From Caldimicrobium thiodismutans (GTDB lineage Bacteria; Desulfobacterota; Thermodesulfobacteria; Thermodesulfobacteriales; Thermodesulfobacteriaceae), in contig PNIE01000064.1 in NCBI GenBank assembly GCA_002877875.1, forward strand, positions 1 through 47,783: a stretch of 47,783 nucleotides of DNA, given 5' to 3'. Each line of letters begins with the position of its first letter. The first letter of the stretch is position 1. A model generated the notes under the pieces. It was not told the DNA's origin and did not search any database. It worked only from the letters and a program-made list of their open reading frames with translations. The position numbers and the translations under genes are program-made. Shown here piece by piece: positions 9,769 through 19,064 of this stretch.

Positions 9769-10293
9769 ATGCAGCAAGAGTTAAAGAGTAAGTACAGAGT
9801 CAATGAAAAGATTAGAGCCAAAGAGGTTAGACTTGTTGGGCCTGATGGAAAGCAAATAGGAATTGTTCCTCTTTCAGAGGCCTTAAGGATAGCTGAGGAT
9901 TACGGACTTGATCTAGTGGAAGTAGCCCCTACTGCCACACCTCCTGTATGCAAAATTATGGATTTTGGGGAGTTTCTTTACCAGGAAGCTAAAAAAGCCA
10001 AAGAGGCCAAGAAAAAACAAACTGTCATCGAGGTCAAGGAAATCAAACTAAGCCCTAAAACTGACAAACATGATCTTGAGGTTAAGATTAAACATATCTT
10101 GAGATTTTTGGAAGACAACTACAAGGTTAAAATACGAGTGGTTTTTAAAGGAAGAGAACTTACTCATCCAGAGCTTGCAGACCGAGTTTTTTCAGCTATT
10201 TTTCAGGCCATAGAAGGTAAGGGGCAAGTGGAAGTTCCTCCTAAACTTGAAGGACGTCAAATGATTGCAGTAATTTCTCCTGTTAAAAAATAA
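9769..10293 (+). CDS. infC: Translation initiation factor IF-3
   Basis: VNEKIRAKEVRLV, LDLVEVAP..PPVCKIMD, FKGRE. Confidence 0.97.
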   Translation: MQQELKSKYRVNEKIRAKEVRLVGPDGKQIGIVPLSEALRIAEDYGLDLVEVAPTATPPVCKIMDFGEFLYQEAKKAKEAKKKQTVIEVKEIKLSPKTDKHDLEVKIKHILRFLEDNYKVKIRVVFKGRELTHPELADRVFSAIFQAIEGKGQVEVPPKLEGRQMIAVISPVKK

Positions 10294-10299
10294 AATCTT

Positions 10300-10926
10300 T
10301 CAAGGTTTCCATTCACAGAAGTTTTTCAAAATAAGAAGGCCTGGTCTTCCACTTTTTTCAGGATGAAATTGAAAGGCTATTAAATTTTCGTATATAATGG
10401 CTGAAGGAAAGTTAATTCCATAAAAAGTATATCCCAAAATGAAATCCTCCTTAGCTGGTTTTGGATAATAACTATGCACAAAATAATATTCAAAATCAGG
10501 ATCAAGCCCATTGATTACAGGATGTTTTCTTAACCATTGCACACTATTCCATCCCATATGGGGAACCTTCAAGACTTCATTATTCCAAATAAGGGGGTCT
10601 GGAAATCGATGAACCTTTCCCGGTATTAAACCAAGGGTTTTTGTACCTCCGTCTTCTTCGCTTTCTTCCATAACAATCTGTGTGCCTAGACAAATGCCAA
10701 AAATAGGTATCCCTTTTTTAAAAGCCTCTTTGAGAAATTCATCAAGGTGAAATTCTCTGAGACTTTCCATAGCAGATCTTGCCGCTCCAACCCCAGGGAA
10801 AATAATTCTCTCACACTTTCTCAATTTTTCTGGATCAGAACTTATCATCCACTTAAAACCAAGATACTGAATGGCTCTGGCAACACTGGTTAAATTTCCT
10901 GCTTTGTAGTCAATAATTCCTATCAT
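10300..10926 (-). CDS. hisH: Imidazole glycerol phosphate synthase, glutaminase subunit
   Basis: PGVGA, GICLG.Q, VPHMGWN, YFVHSY, QFHPEKS. Confidence 0.96.
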   Translation of the reverse strand: MIGIIDYKAGNLTSVARAIQYLGFKWMISSDPEKLRKCERIIFPGVGAARSAMESLREFHLDEFLKEAFKKGIPIFGICLGTQIVMEESEEDGGTKTLGLIPGKVHRFPDPLIWNNEVLKVPHMGWNSVQWLRKHPVINGLDPDFEYYFVHSYYPKPAKEDFILGYTFYGINFPSAIIYENLIAFQFHPEKSGRPGLLILKNFCEWKP

Positions 10927-11483
10927 TGCTCCTCCTGATGAATTAATTTTTCAAGCTCCTCAAGAGGGGGTAAGTCTTTGAGAGAATTTAGACCAAAATA
11001 TTCAAGAAAATAATTAGTCGTTCCATATAGAGCTGGCTTCCCAGGAACTTCCTTTCTTCCTACAACCTTTATAAACCCCCTTTCAAGAAGGGTTTTTAGG
11101 TGAGGTGAGACCTCGACTCCTCCTCTTTTGGCTGAAATTTCTGCCCTGGTTATAGGTTGAAAATAGGCTATTATAGCAAGAGTTTCAAGAAGGGGCTTAG
11201 TCCATTTAAATGTTCTTGGTTGAAGAAATTTTCGCAGATACTCACTTACCTCTGGATCAGACTCCACCCGAAAACCCCCTGCAACAGGCAAAATTTTCAC
11301 TCCCCTAAATTCGTATTCCCTTTGCAATTCCTCAAGAATACTTTCAATCTCTTTAGGAGAAATTTGATTCTCAAAGAGTGAAACAAGTTCCTTTATCCTT
11401 ACAGGTCTACCAGCGCAAAAAAGAACAGCCTCAATAACCTTTTTGTAAAAGGGCCTTCTCATCTCAGGCAAAGAAAGATTCAT
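10923..11483 (-). CDS. scpB: SMC-Scp complex subunit ScpB
   Basis: IEAVLF, LETLAIIAY.QPITRAEI, YGTT..FL..FGL.SL.DLP. Confidence 0.95.
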   Translation of the reverse strand: MNLSLPEMRRPFYKKVIEAVLFCAGRPVRIKELVSLFENQISPKEIESILEELQREYEFRGVKILPVAGGFRVESDPEVSEYLRKFLQPRTFKWTKPLLETLAIIAYFQPITRAEISAKRGGVEVSPHLKTLLERGFIKVVGRKEVPGKPALYGTTNYFLEYFGLNSLKDLPPLEELEKLIHQEEQ

Positions 11484-11492
11484 AGACTTAAC

Positions 11493-12410
11493 TTAGGCTG
11501 AAAAATAAACTTCGCCTTGATAGAGAAGTCTCTTAATTTTACCTTCTTTAATAAGATTTTGAAGAACCCTTTTAAGCTCTTCTGAATCTTTGAAAACTTC
11601 AGTTAACTCTGTAAGAGGAGCAGGCCTTCTTGAAAGATAATCAAAAAGAAGTTCCTCAAGATTCCTTTTAAAAGAAATCCCCTCTATTTTTTTGTCCTTG
11701 GGAGTTATTATCTCAGCTCTTTCTCCAAGATAGGCTCTTACTTTTTCAAGCTCCTCAAAACTTAGAGGTTTAGCTACAGCATAGGCAGGAGGTCTTACTA
11801 CTGTATTCAACTGGACTTTATGGGGATTTATGTATTCAATTACTTCCCTTAAAACCTTAAGATCTTCCTCACTATCATTAACTCCCTTGACAAGCAAAAT
11901 TTCAAGCCAAAGTTCTCCCTTCATCTCTTCTCTGAGGTTCTTTAAACCCATAATAATTTCTCTTAAACTGACTCCTTCTGCAGGTCTGTTAACTAGCTTA
12001 AAGGACTTCTCCCTTGCAGCATCAAGGGAGGCAAGGACATAATCCACTTCAGAAAGAGCTCTTCTGACTGTCTCTATATTTAGCGTTGAACTATTGGTAA
12101 GAACAGAGATAGGTTTTTTAATTAAATTTCTAGCAAACTCTACCGCTCTTTCAAAGTGAATATTTAAGGTAGGTTCACCACTTCCAGTAAAAGTCAACAC
12201 TTCATATTCTTCTTCTCTTTCTTTGGCTTCATAAAGGGCTTTTTCAATTTCTTCCCAGGGAAGGTAAGAAGCTCTCAAGGTCGTAAGAGTAGTTGTTTTT
12301 CCCACCTCACAATAAAGACAATCCATAGAACAGATTTTAGAGGGTACCAGCTCAACCCCAAGGGAAAGCCCAAGCCTTCTTGATTTAACGGGCCCAAATA
12401 AAAGACTCAT
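11493..12410 (-). CDS. Radical SAM protein (TYW1-like/COG0731-type, function unknown)
   Basis: FGPV.SRRLG.SLG, CSMDCLYC, GSGEPTL. Confidence 0.85.
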   Translation of the reverse strand: MSLLFGPVKSRRLGLSLGVELVPSKICSMDCLYCEVGKTTTLTTLRASYLPWEEIEKALYEAKEREEEYEVLTFTGSGEPTLNIHFERAVEFARNLIKKPISVLTNSSTLNIETVRRALSEVDYVLASLDAAREKSFKLVNRPAEGVSLREIIMGLKNLREEMKGELWLEILLVKGVNDSEEDLKVLREVIEYINPHKVQLNTVVRPPAYAVAKPLSFEELEKVRAYLGERAEIITPKDKKIEGISFKRNLEELLFDYLSRRPAPLTELTEVFKDSEELKRVLQNLIKEGKIKRLLYQGEVYFSA

Positions 12411-12571
12411 AATAATTTAAAATATACCTCCTAAATTATGCATTTCCAGAGTGTAAAAGCCTTGTCAACTATAATTAAATCAAAATAAAACCCAGCTCCC
12501 TATTTACATTAATCTTAGGAAAAGGAAATTTAAGGTTTATGATACCCAAAAGGCTCTCATTTAAAAGCTTT

Positions 12572-15500
12572 CTAAGAAAGAAGAGAAATAGCCACAGCTG
12601 AAACTTTGTACTCTGGCGTTTCCATAAGTTCGTCAAGCCCCGGGCTTACTAATAGATTGGTTAAAGCGGTTTCAAAATGAAAGTCTGTATAAAGCTGCCC
12701 TCTGGGAACTCGCTCCTCAAGATGAGCCCTGAAGATAACCTCACCTCTATCATTCCAGACTCTAACCCTTGCTCCTTCGTAAATTCCAAACTCTTTTGCA
12801 TCTTCAGGATTGATATCAATAATAGGTTCAGAGTATAGTTTCTTTAAAGAGGGACATCTTCTTGACATACTGCCTACATTATAGTGATTAAGTCTTCTTA
12901 TAGTGACTAAGAGAAAGGGATATTGGGAGGTGGGTTCCTCAAAGGGAGGAATGTGTTTAGCCATAGCTAAATGAATTTTTCCTTTGGGAAAGCCCGTGGT
13001 AAATAAAATAGGAGTTCCTGGATGATCCTCTTCTGGGCAAGGCCACTGAATTCCTCTTTCTTTTAATCGGGAGTGAAGAATTCCTTTCCAAGCTGGCCAA
13101 ACTCTGCCAATCTCTTCCGCAATCTCTGCAGGAGATTGATAGTTCCAGTTATATCCCAATTTTTGAGCAAGCTTAGTAAGAATTAGCCAGTCAGGAAGGG
13201 CCTCTCCAGGTGGTGAAACTGCCTTTTCAAAGAGCTGAACCCTTCTTTCTCCATTAGTAAAGGTCCCACATTTTTCAAAGACAGAGGCTGCAGGAAGCAC
13301 TACATGGGCATATTTTCCAGAAAGAGGCATGAAAATATCTTGAACTACAAAAAACTCAAGATTACTTAAGGCCTTCCATACCACACCAATGTCGCCATGG
13401 CTCATAGCCACATCATAGCCCATAGCATAGAGACCCTTTACTTTACCAGAAAGGGCCTCTCTTAATAAGGTAGGTAGAGTTTTACCTTCTCTATCTGGAA
13501 GAGAAGTTCCCCATACTTCTTGGAATCTCAATTTTGTAGTCGGATCAAGATAACTCTGATATCCAGGAAGCACATAGGGAAGACCTCCCATATCACAGAC
13601 ACCCTGAACATTGTTTTGTCCTCTTAAAGGCATAGCTCCACAACCTGGTTTTCCCCAGAAACCACAAAGAGTTGCAAGATTAGCTGCTGCCATAGCTGTA
13701 TAAGACCCAGCCCTATGTTCCGAAACACCAAGCCCCCAAAGGATTAGAGCGCTCTTAGCCTGAGAATAAAGATAGGCTGCCTGCTCAATTAAAAAGGGCT
13801 TTAGCCCGGTATATCTACTTGCCTTAGCAAGGTCCCACTCACTTAAAATATAGTGCCTATAAGAATCAAAATTCTCTACGTATTTCTCTACAAATTCATT
13901 GTCATAAAGTTCTTCTTTAATAATTACATAGGCCATACCGTTGAGTAAAGGAATATTAGAGCCTGGTCTTAATGGTAAAAATAGGTTAGATCTTTCAGCA
14001 AAAAAAATCCGCCTTGGGTCAGCCACTATACATTTAGCCCCTCTATCAAGGGCTTTCATAATCTTTTGGGCCACAATAGGATGGGCCTCATAAGAGTTTG
14101 TCCCTATAAGGAAAAGTAGATCTGCATTATAGATTTCATCAAAGTGAACACAGGCAGCTCCAGTTCCTACTGTGGCCGCAAGACCTGCGACCGATGGTGC
14201 ATGTCAGACACGCGCTGGATTATCCACATTGTTTGTCTTAAAAATACCCCTTGCTATCTTTTGCATGAGATAGTTTTCTTCATTGGAACATCTGGCTGAA
14301 CATAGAAATCCTAAAGATTCAGGCCCATACTCTTGACTAATTTTCATTAAATTTTCTGCTACAAATTCAAGCGCTGTATCCCAAGAAACTCTCTCAAACT
14401 CCCTCAAGCGATCTTTACGAATCATAGGATAGGCAAGCCTCTCTGGGCTCTTGTAATACTCAAAACCAAATCGACCCTTGACACAAGTAAATCCATAATT
14501 GGGAGGAAGATCTCTCCCTGTGACTTCTAAAATGGTTCCATTTTTTACCCAAACAGTGAGATTACAGCCTACCCCACAATAGCCACAGACAGATTTAACC
14601 GCGTGAGCCTCACTTCTACTATATGGCACAAGGAGATTCTTCTTGGTTAAAGATCCAGTGGGACATACGTCTACACAGGCTCCACAGTTTACACACCTTT
14701 CTGTAAATCTAAAAGTAATGTATTCTGCAGGCGTTCCTTTATTAACCACTCTAAAGAAAATAGCCTCGTAAGGACAAATTCTAACACATTTCTCACAGGC
14801 TATACATTTATTTAAATCTACTTCAATTAGAGGATGGCTTTTCTGAATGGCATATTTAATTTTCTTCCGTGCCTTAGAAACACCAACATCCTCTTTAATA
14901 ATAATTTCTCTAAAGTCACATTTATGAATGCCAAGACAGCCACATCTCAAACAGCGATTAGCCTCTTTTATAGCCTCTTCCTCTGTTAAACCGATAAGCA
15001 CCTCTTCAAAGTCATGAATGCGCTTTACAGGATCTCTCTCTTTTAATTGGGCTCGCTCTTCAGGCACAAAGAGGTCAAGAAAATTTGAATCAAATTCTTC
15101 TGCCCTTTTTCCTCGAGAAAAATCATATTTAACTGTAATGAGGGCCTTTTTTAAAGGTTTACCCTCAAGAAAGGCGGATATTGCCTGGGCAGCCTTCCTT
15201 CCAGCGGCTACCGCTTGGATAACTGTCTTAGCTCCATGAGCAAAATCTCCACCTGCAAAAACTCCTCTAACGCTTGTCTCAAGAGTTTGGGGATTAACCT
15301 TAATAATTCCCTCAGCAGTAGTTTCAAGCTCTGCCTCAAGGTCACCAAAATTTTTAAATTCATCAGAGGGCGCCTCACCCCATGCCCTAAATACAATATC
15401 AAACTCTTCCTCAAAAGCAGTCTCCGGAAGGGGTTTAATTTCTTTCTTCTCTGTTAAAGAGGTTCTTACAAAAGTTACCCGATAGCCTCTCTCAAGTTTT

Positions 15501-16660
15501 TCAAGAATCCAGGGAGCTGTAACATAGATAAATTTTACACCCTCCTTTTCAGCATATCCTATCTCTCTTTGGGGTATAGTGACTTCCATTCTCGAACGAG
15601 GATAATATATACTTACAGAGGCTCCCAATCTTCTTAGAACTCTACTTAACTCAAGAGCAGTATAACTACAACCAAGAATGGCAATTTTTTTTCCTTCATA
15701 TTCCTTTAAATTTATTAACTCTTTATTGAATTTATAAAGAAATTCAAAGCCACTCTCTGCCAACTCCTCTCCTTGAAAGCCAAAGAATCTCTCCTTTCGT
15801 GCTCCTATCGCAAGGAAGATAGCCTCAAAACCCCTATCCTTAAGATCCCTGAGGGTAAAGTCTCTTCCCCAGACCTTTCCTCCTTGAAATTCAATACCCA
15901 GGTTAAAAATATTTCCAAGCTCCTTCCTCAGAACCTCTCTTGGTAGTTTAAAAGAGGGGATTCCATATCTTAATAAACCACCAGGCTCCTCTTCTTTATC
16001 AAATACTGTGACTCTATAACCTTTAAGCCTTAAAAAATAGGCACAACTTATTCCTGCAGGGCCAGCCCCAACAACAGCCACCCTTCTCTCATTAAGAGGC
16101 GGAAGGTCAAGAGGAAGTTCACCATGCTCAAGACAATAATCAGCCACAAATCTCTTAAGATTATTAATTGCCACAGGCTGATCCACAAGGGAGCGCCTAC
16201 AAACAGGTTCACAAAATCTGGGACAAACCCTTCCTACCACTGCAGGTATAGGAAGCTTCTCTTTAATAAGAGCCAGAGAAGCCTTAAAATCCCCTTGGGC
16301 AATAAAACCTATATAACCCTGAATATTTAAACCACCAGGACAGGGAGTATGACAAGGGGCTTTACAATCTCCATAATGATTGGCTACAAGATTCTCAAGA
16401 ATCTTCTTTCTTATATTTTTTACCTGCGGTGAGTCCGTTTCTACCTCAATTTCTCTCTCTATTACGTAATTACAGCTTCTAACTATCCCCTCTCCTTTAA
16501 CTTCAACTACACAGATCCCACAGGGATTCTTAGGATAGCTTTTGTCTTTTAAATAACATAGGGTAGGTACGTAAAATCCTTCCCTCCTTGCAATCTCAAG
16601 AAGAATTTCCCCTTTTTTAGCTTGAATTTCCTTATTGTTTATAACTATCTTAATTACCAT
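12572..16660 (-). CDS. fdhF: Selenocysteine Mo/W-bis-PGD formate dehydrogenase fused to [2Fe-2S], GltD/NfnB-like FAD and ferredoxin domains (1362 aa, Sec819)
   Basis: The 818-aa and 500-aa ORFs are in frame across TGA 14206-14204, giving NVDNPARV-U-HAPSVAGL (FDH-H active-site motif); the intervening 43 codons are open; LRGQNNVQG; CGYCGVGC...CVKG. Confidence 0.93.
14174..14192 (-). promoter_or_regulatory. SECIS element of fdh
   Basis: GGUCGCA-GGUCU-UGCGGCC hairpin starting 11 nt after UGA, closely resembling the E. coli fdhF SECIS in sequence and spacing. Confidence 0.88.
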
Positions 16661-16741
16661 GCCAACTCCAAACTACAGTTACACTTTACAATTACCCTTA
16701 AGACATTTAAGGTTAAGGAAAAATTTAAAGGCTGCCTATTT

Positions 16742-17638
16742 CTAAAGTTCTAACCATGATTCAGAAAAAATAGTTTGTCCACTAAGCACTTTATAGGTCT
16801 TATAAATCTCAAGCTCTTTAGGAGAGAGAGTTTTAGGATCAGGCTCATCTCCATCCATCATACGATGAACAAGAGCCACCCAGTCAGGATGTTTCCCCTT
16901 AGCAATTTCAACAAGCTCCTTATCATATACATCAACTATGGCACTATAAATATTGTATTTCATAAGCATCATAAGCATTACTCTGTTAAGATAGGGTCTT
17001 AGATGGGAAGCTACTCCATTAGAGACATTGGAGAGCCCAATGGTGCTTTTAGCCCCAGGAGCAATATCTTGAAGCATAGAAAGAAAAAGAAGAGCCTCCT
17101 GTATTTGTTCAGCCCCAAGGGTGATAGGTGTTAAAATAGGATCTACCCAAATTTTTTCGTTAGGTATCCCATATTCATTAAGTTTCATAATTAAATCCAC
17201 AGCAAGAGCTGCCCTCTCATTAGCATCCCTTGGAAGCCCCTCAAGACCCCAAAGCAGAGCAACTACATCACATCCAACCTCTGCTGCAAAGGGACCAAGC
17301 TTTTCTAGCCTTTCAGGCTGAATAGAAATGGAATTCATAAGTATCCTTGAGGGATTCTTGGAAGCTTTAATTCCTGCAATCATAGCCTCGGGATTGGTGG
17401 TATCAAGAGAAAGGGGAGTATCCACTACTTCTTCAACGACCTTCACGATCCAACTTGCAAGTTCTGGACCATCCTTTTTAGCAGGCCCTATATTTAAATC
17501 CAGATAGTCTGCCCCAAGTTCTGTTTCCTCCTTAGCCATCTGTTGAATAGGCAGAGGATTTCTCTCCCTCATAGCAGGACCAATTCTCTTACTCATAATA
17601 TTTATGCTCTCAGCAATGCATACCACCGTATGTGCCAT
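16742..17638 (-). CDS. acsE: Methyl-THF:corrinoid iron-sulfur protein methyltransferase
   Basis: Pterin-binding barrel: IAESINIMS, LDLNIG, LSLDTTN, GLSNVS; acs cluster context. Confidence 0.92.
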   Translation of the reverse strand: MAHTVVCIAESINIMSKRIGPAMRERNPLPIQQMAKEETELGADYLDLNIGPAKKDGPELASWIVKVVEEVVDTPLSLDTTNPEAMIAGIKASKNPSRILMNSISIQPERLEKLGPFAAEVGCDVVALLWGLEGLPRDANERAALAVDLIMKLNEYGIPNEKIWVDPILTPITLGAEQIQEALLFLSMLQDIAPGAKSTIGLSNVSNGVASHLRPYLNRVMLMMLMKYNIYSAIVDVYDKELVEIAKGKHPDWVALVHRMMDGDEPDPKTLSPKELEIYKTYKVLSGQTIFSESWLEL

Positions 17639-17666
17639 CTCTCACCCTCCTTTATTTATTAATTGG

Positions 17667-19037
17667 CTAGGCAGCTTTGGCTTGCTCTCTTAATTCAGCT
17701 GATAACTTTTTCAAAAAAGAAGGAAGTCCACTTGCCTCTCTTGGCCCAACAAGAATCTCCCATCCAGGAAGCTCCTCCTCAAGCTCTCCTTTTATACCTG
17801 CAAGATATCCAGGTATGGTAAGTTTTCTATGTTTTATCTTTTCCTCAATCCCACACCTCTTCACAAACTCCGCAATGGTGTCTGCTCCAAATTTACCTGC
17901 TGCCCAAGCTGTAAGAACAGAAAGCCCATCAGTGTTTTTAATCAAAAGCCAGGTAGGAACTCGGCTTCCCTCAATCTCACCATTCACAATAAAATAGGTC
18001 AAAGCAAAGTTACAAGTAATCACCACAGGAGACCATTCATCTGGCCCGTTGACAGGATAAATTCCCTCTTCCACCACAAGGGGCTTCTGAGGATCTGTAA
18101 AGATATTCATCCGCTCAACAAGGAGATTAAACAAGGCTTCTGCCCTAAGATCGGAGAGTATCATAAGACTTGCATACTTAGCTACAAAAATTCCAGCAAT
18201 AGAATTCTCAAGAAGATAATCCTCCGTATACCTATAAGGAAAAACTATCACAGGAAAACCAAAGGGCTTATAACGTTTTTTAATGGCTGCCCTTCTGATA
18301 ATGATAAGATCCTCAAAAAGCTCTCTCAAGCCCTTTGAGCCTGGATCAAGCACAAAATCTTTAAGCCCTTTCTTTAGAGCTCTATCTGAAAGTTCAGAGA
18401 GTTCATCCAGAGATTCAGCTGAGATAACAAAGGGAGTCTTAGTCTCCTCCGCAAGGGCCGTAATTTCTTCAAAATTCTGAGAAGTGGCTGCATAAATCAA
18501 TGGCTTAAAGTCTCCACAAAGGCTAATTCCCCTTTTTATAGCCTCAAGACTTCCTGAAAGCACTATAGCTAAATGAGGCAATTCTTCTCTTACTCTTTTA
18601 ACAAGAGCTTCAAATTTTGAAAGATCTCCATCTCCTTCAAGCATAACTACATCAGGTCTAAGGGTTATCCCTACTCTATCCCAACTCAATTTTTTATAAA
18701 GTTCTATCCTCCGATTAATTTCAGCCTCATCCATTGAAGTTTTAATATAAGTCCCTAAAAGGGGAGGATTTTCAAAGCGCTTTTCATGCCTGAATAAAAC
18801 TGTCTCTCCTCCAAGAGAATAGGTATAATCTCCACCTCCGATCTTTACAGTTCTTATAGGAGGAGCAGTGGCCTCAGCTATCTCTTCAACTACTTTAGGA
18901 TCCACATAAGGACAGGCTGTAATTTCTGCCTGGCCTGCTGCCACTTTCATAGCAAAAGCCATACAAGTCGGGAAACCACACTCTTTGCAATTCTTCTTAG
19001 GAAGCTTCCCAAGAATCTGAATTCCAGTAAGTCCCAT
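17667..19037 (-). CDS. acsC: Corrinoid iron-sulfur protein large subunit
   Basis: LPKKNCKECGFPTCMAFA...CP; FRHEK; GLSVLTAWAAGKF; VGPREAS. Confidence 0.96.
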   Translation of the reverse strand: MGLTGIQILGKLPKKNCKECGFPTCMAFAMKVAAGQAEITACPYVDPKVVEEIAEATAPPIRTVKIGGGDYTYSLGGETVLFRHEKRFENPPLLGTYIKTSMDEAEINRRIELYKKLSWDRVGITLRPDVVMLEGDGDLSKFEALVKRVREELPHLAIVLSGSLEAIKRGISLCGDFKPLIYAATSQNFEEITALAEETKTPFVISAESLDELSELSDRALKKGLKDFVLDPGSKGLRELFEDLIIIRRAAIKKRYKPFGFPVIVFPYRYTEDYLLENSIAGIFVAKYASLMILSDLRAEALFNLLVERMNIFTDPQKPLVVEEGIYPVNGPDEWSPVVITCNFALTYFIVNGEIEGSRVPTWLLIKNTDGLSVLTAWAAGKFGADTIAEFVKRCGIEEKIKHRKLTIPGYLAGIKGELEEELPGWEILVGPREASGLPSFLKKLSAELREQAKAA

Positions 19038-19064
19038 CGGGCTATTCCTCCTTATTCACAAAAT

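Noticed and set aside
12435-12468. Promoter at the TTGACA upstream of the radical SAM gene (and at 39835-39840 upstream of aspC)
   Set aside because: No acceptable -10 hexamer at 16-18 nt spacing
14075-14206. fdh as two genes or a nonsense pseudogene (likewise truncated hdrA and mvhD)
   Set aside because: Each TGA is in frame at a known Cys/Sec position, flanked by conserved open sequence and followed by a SECIS-like hairpin
14204-16660. GltD-like region as DsrL or a glutamate synthase small subunit
   Set aside because: It is an internal module of the formate dehydrogenase chain, and no gltB is adjacent
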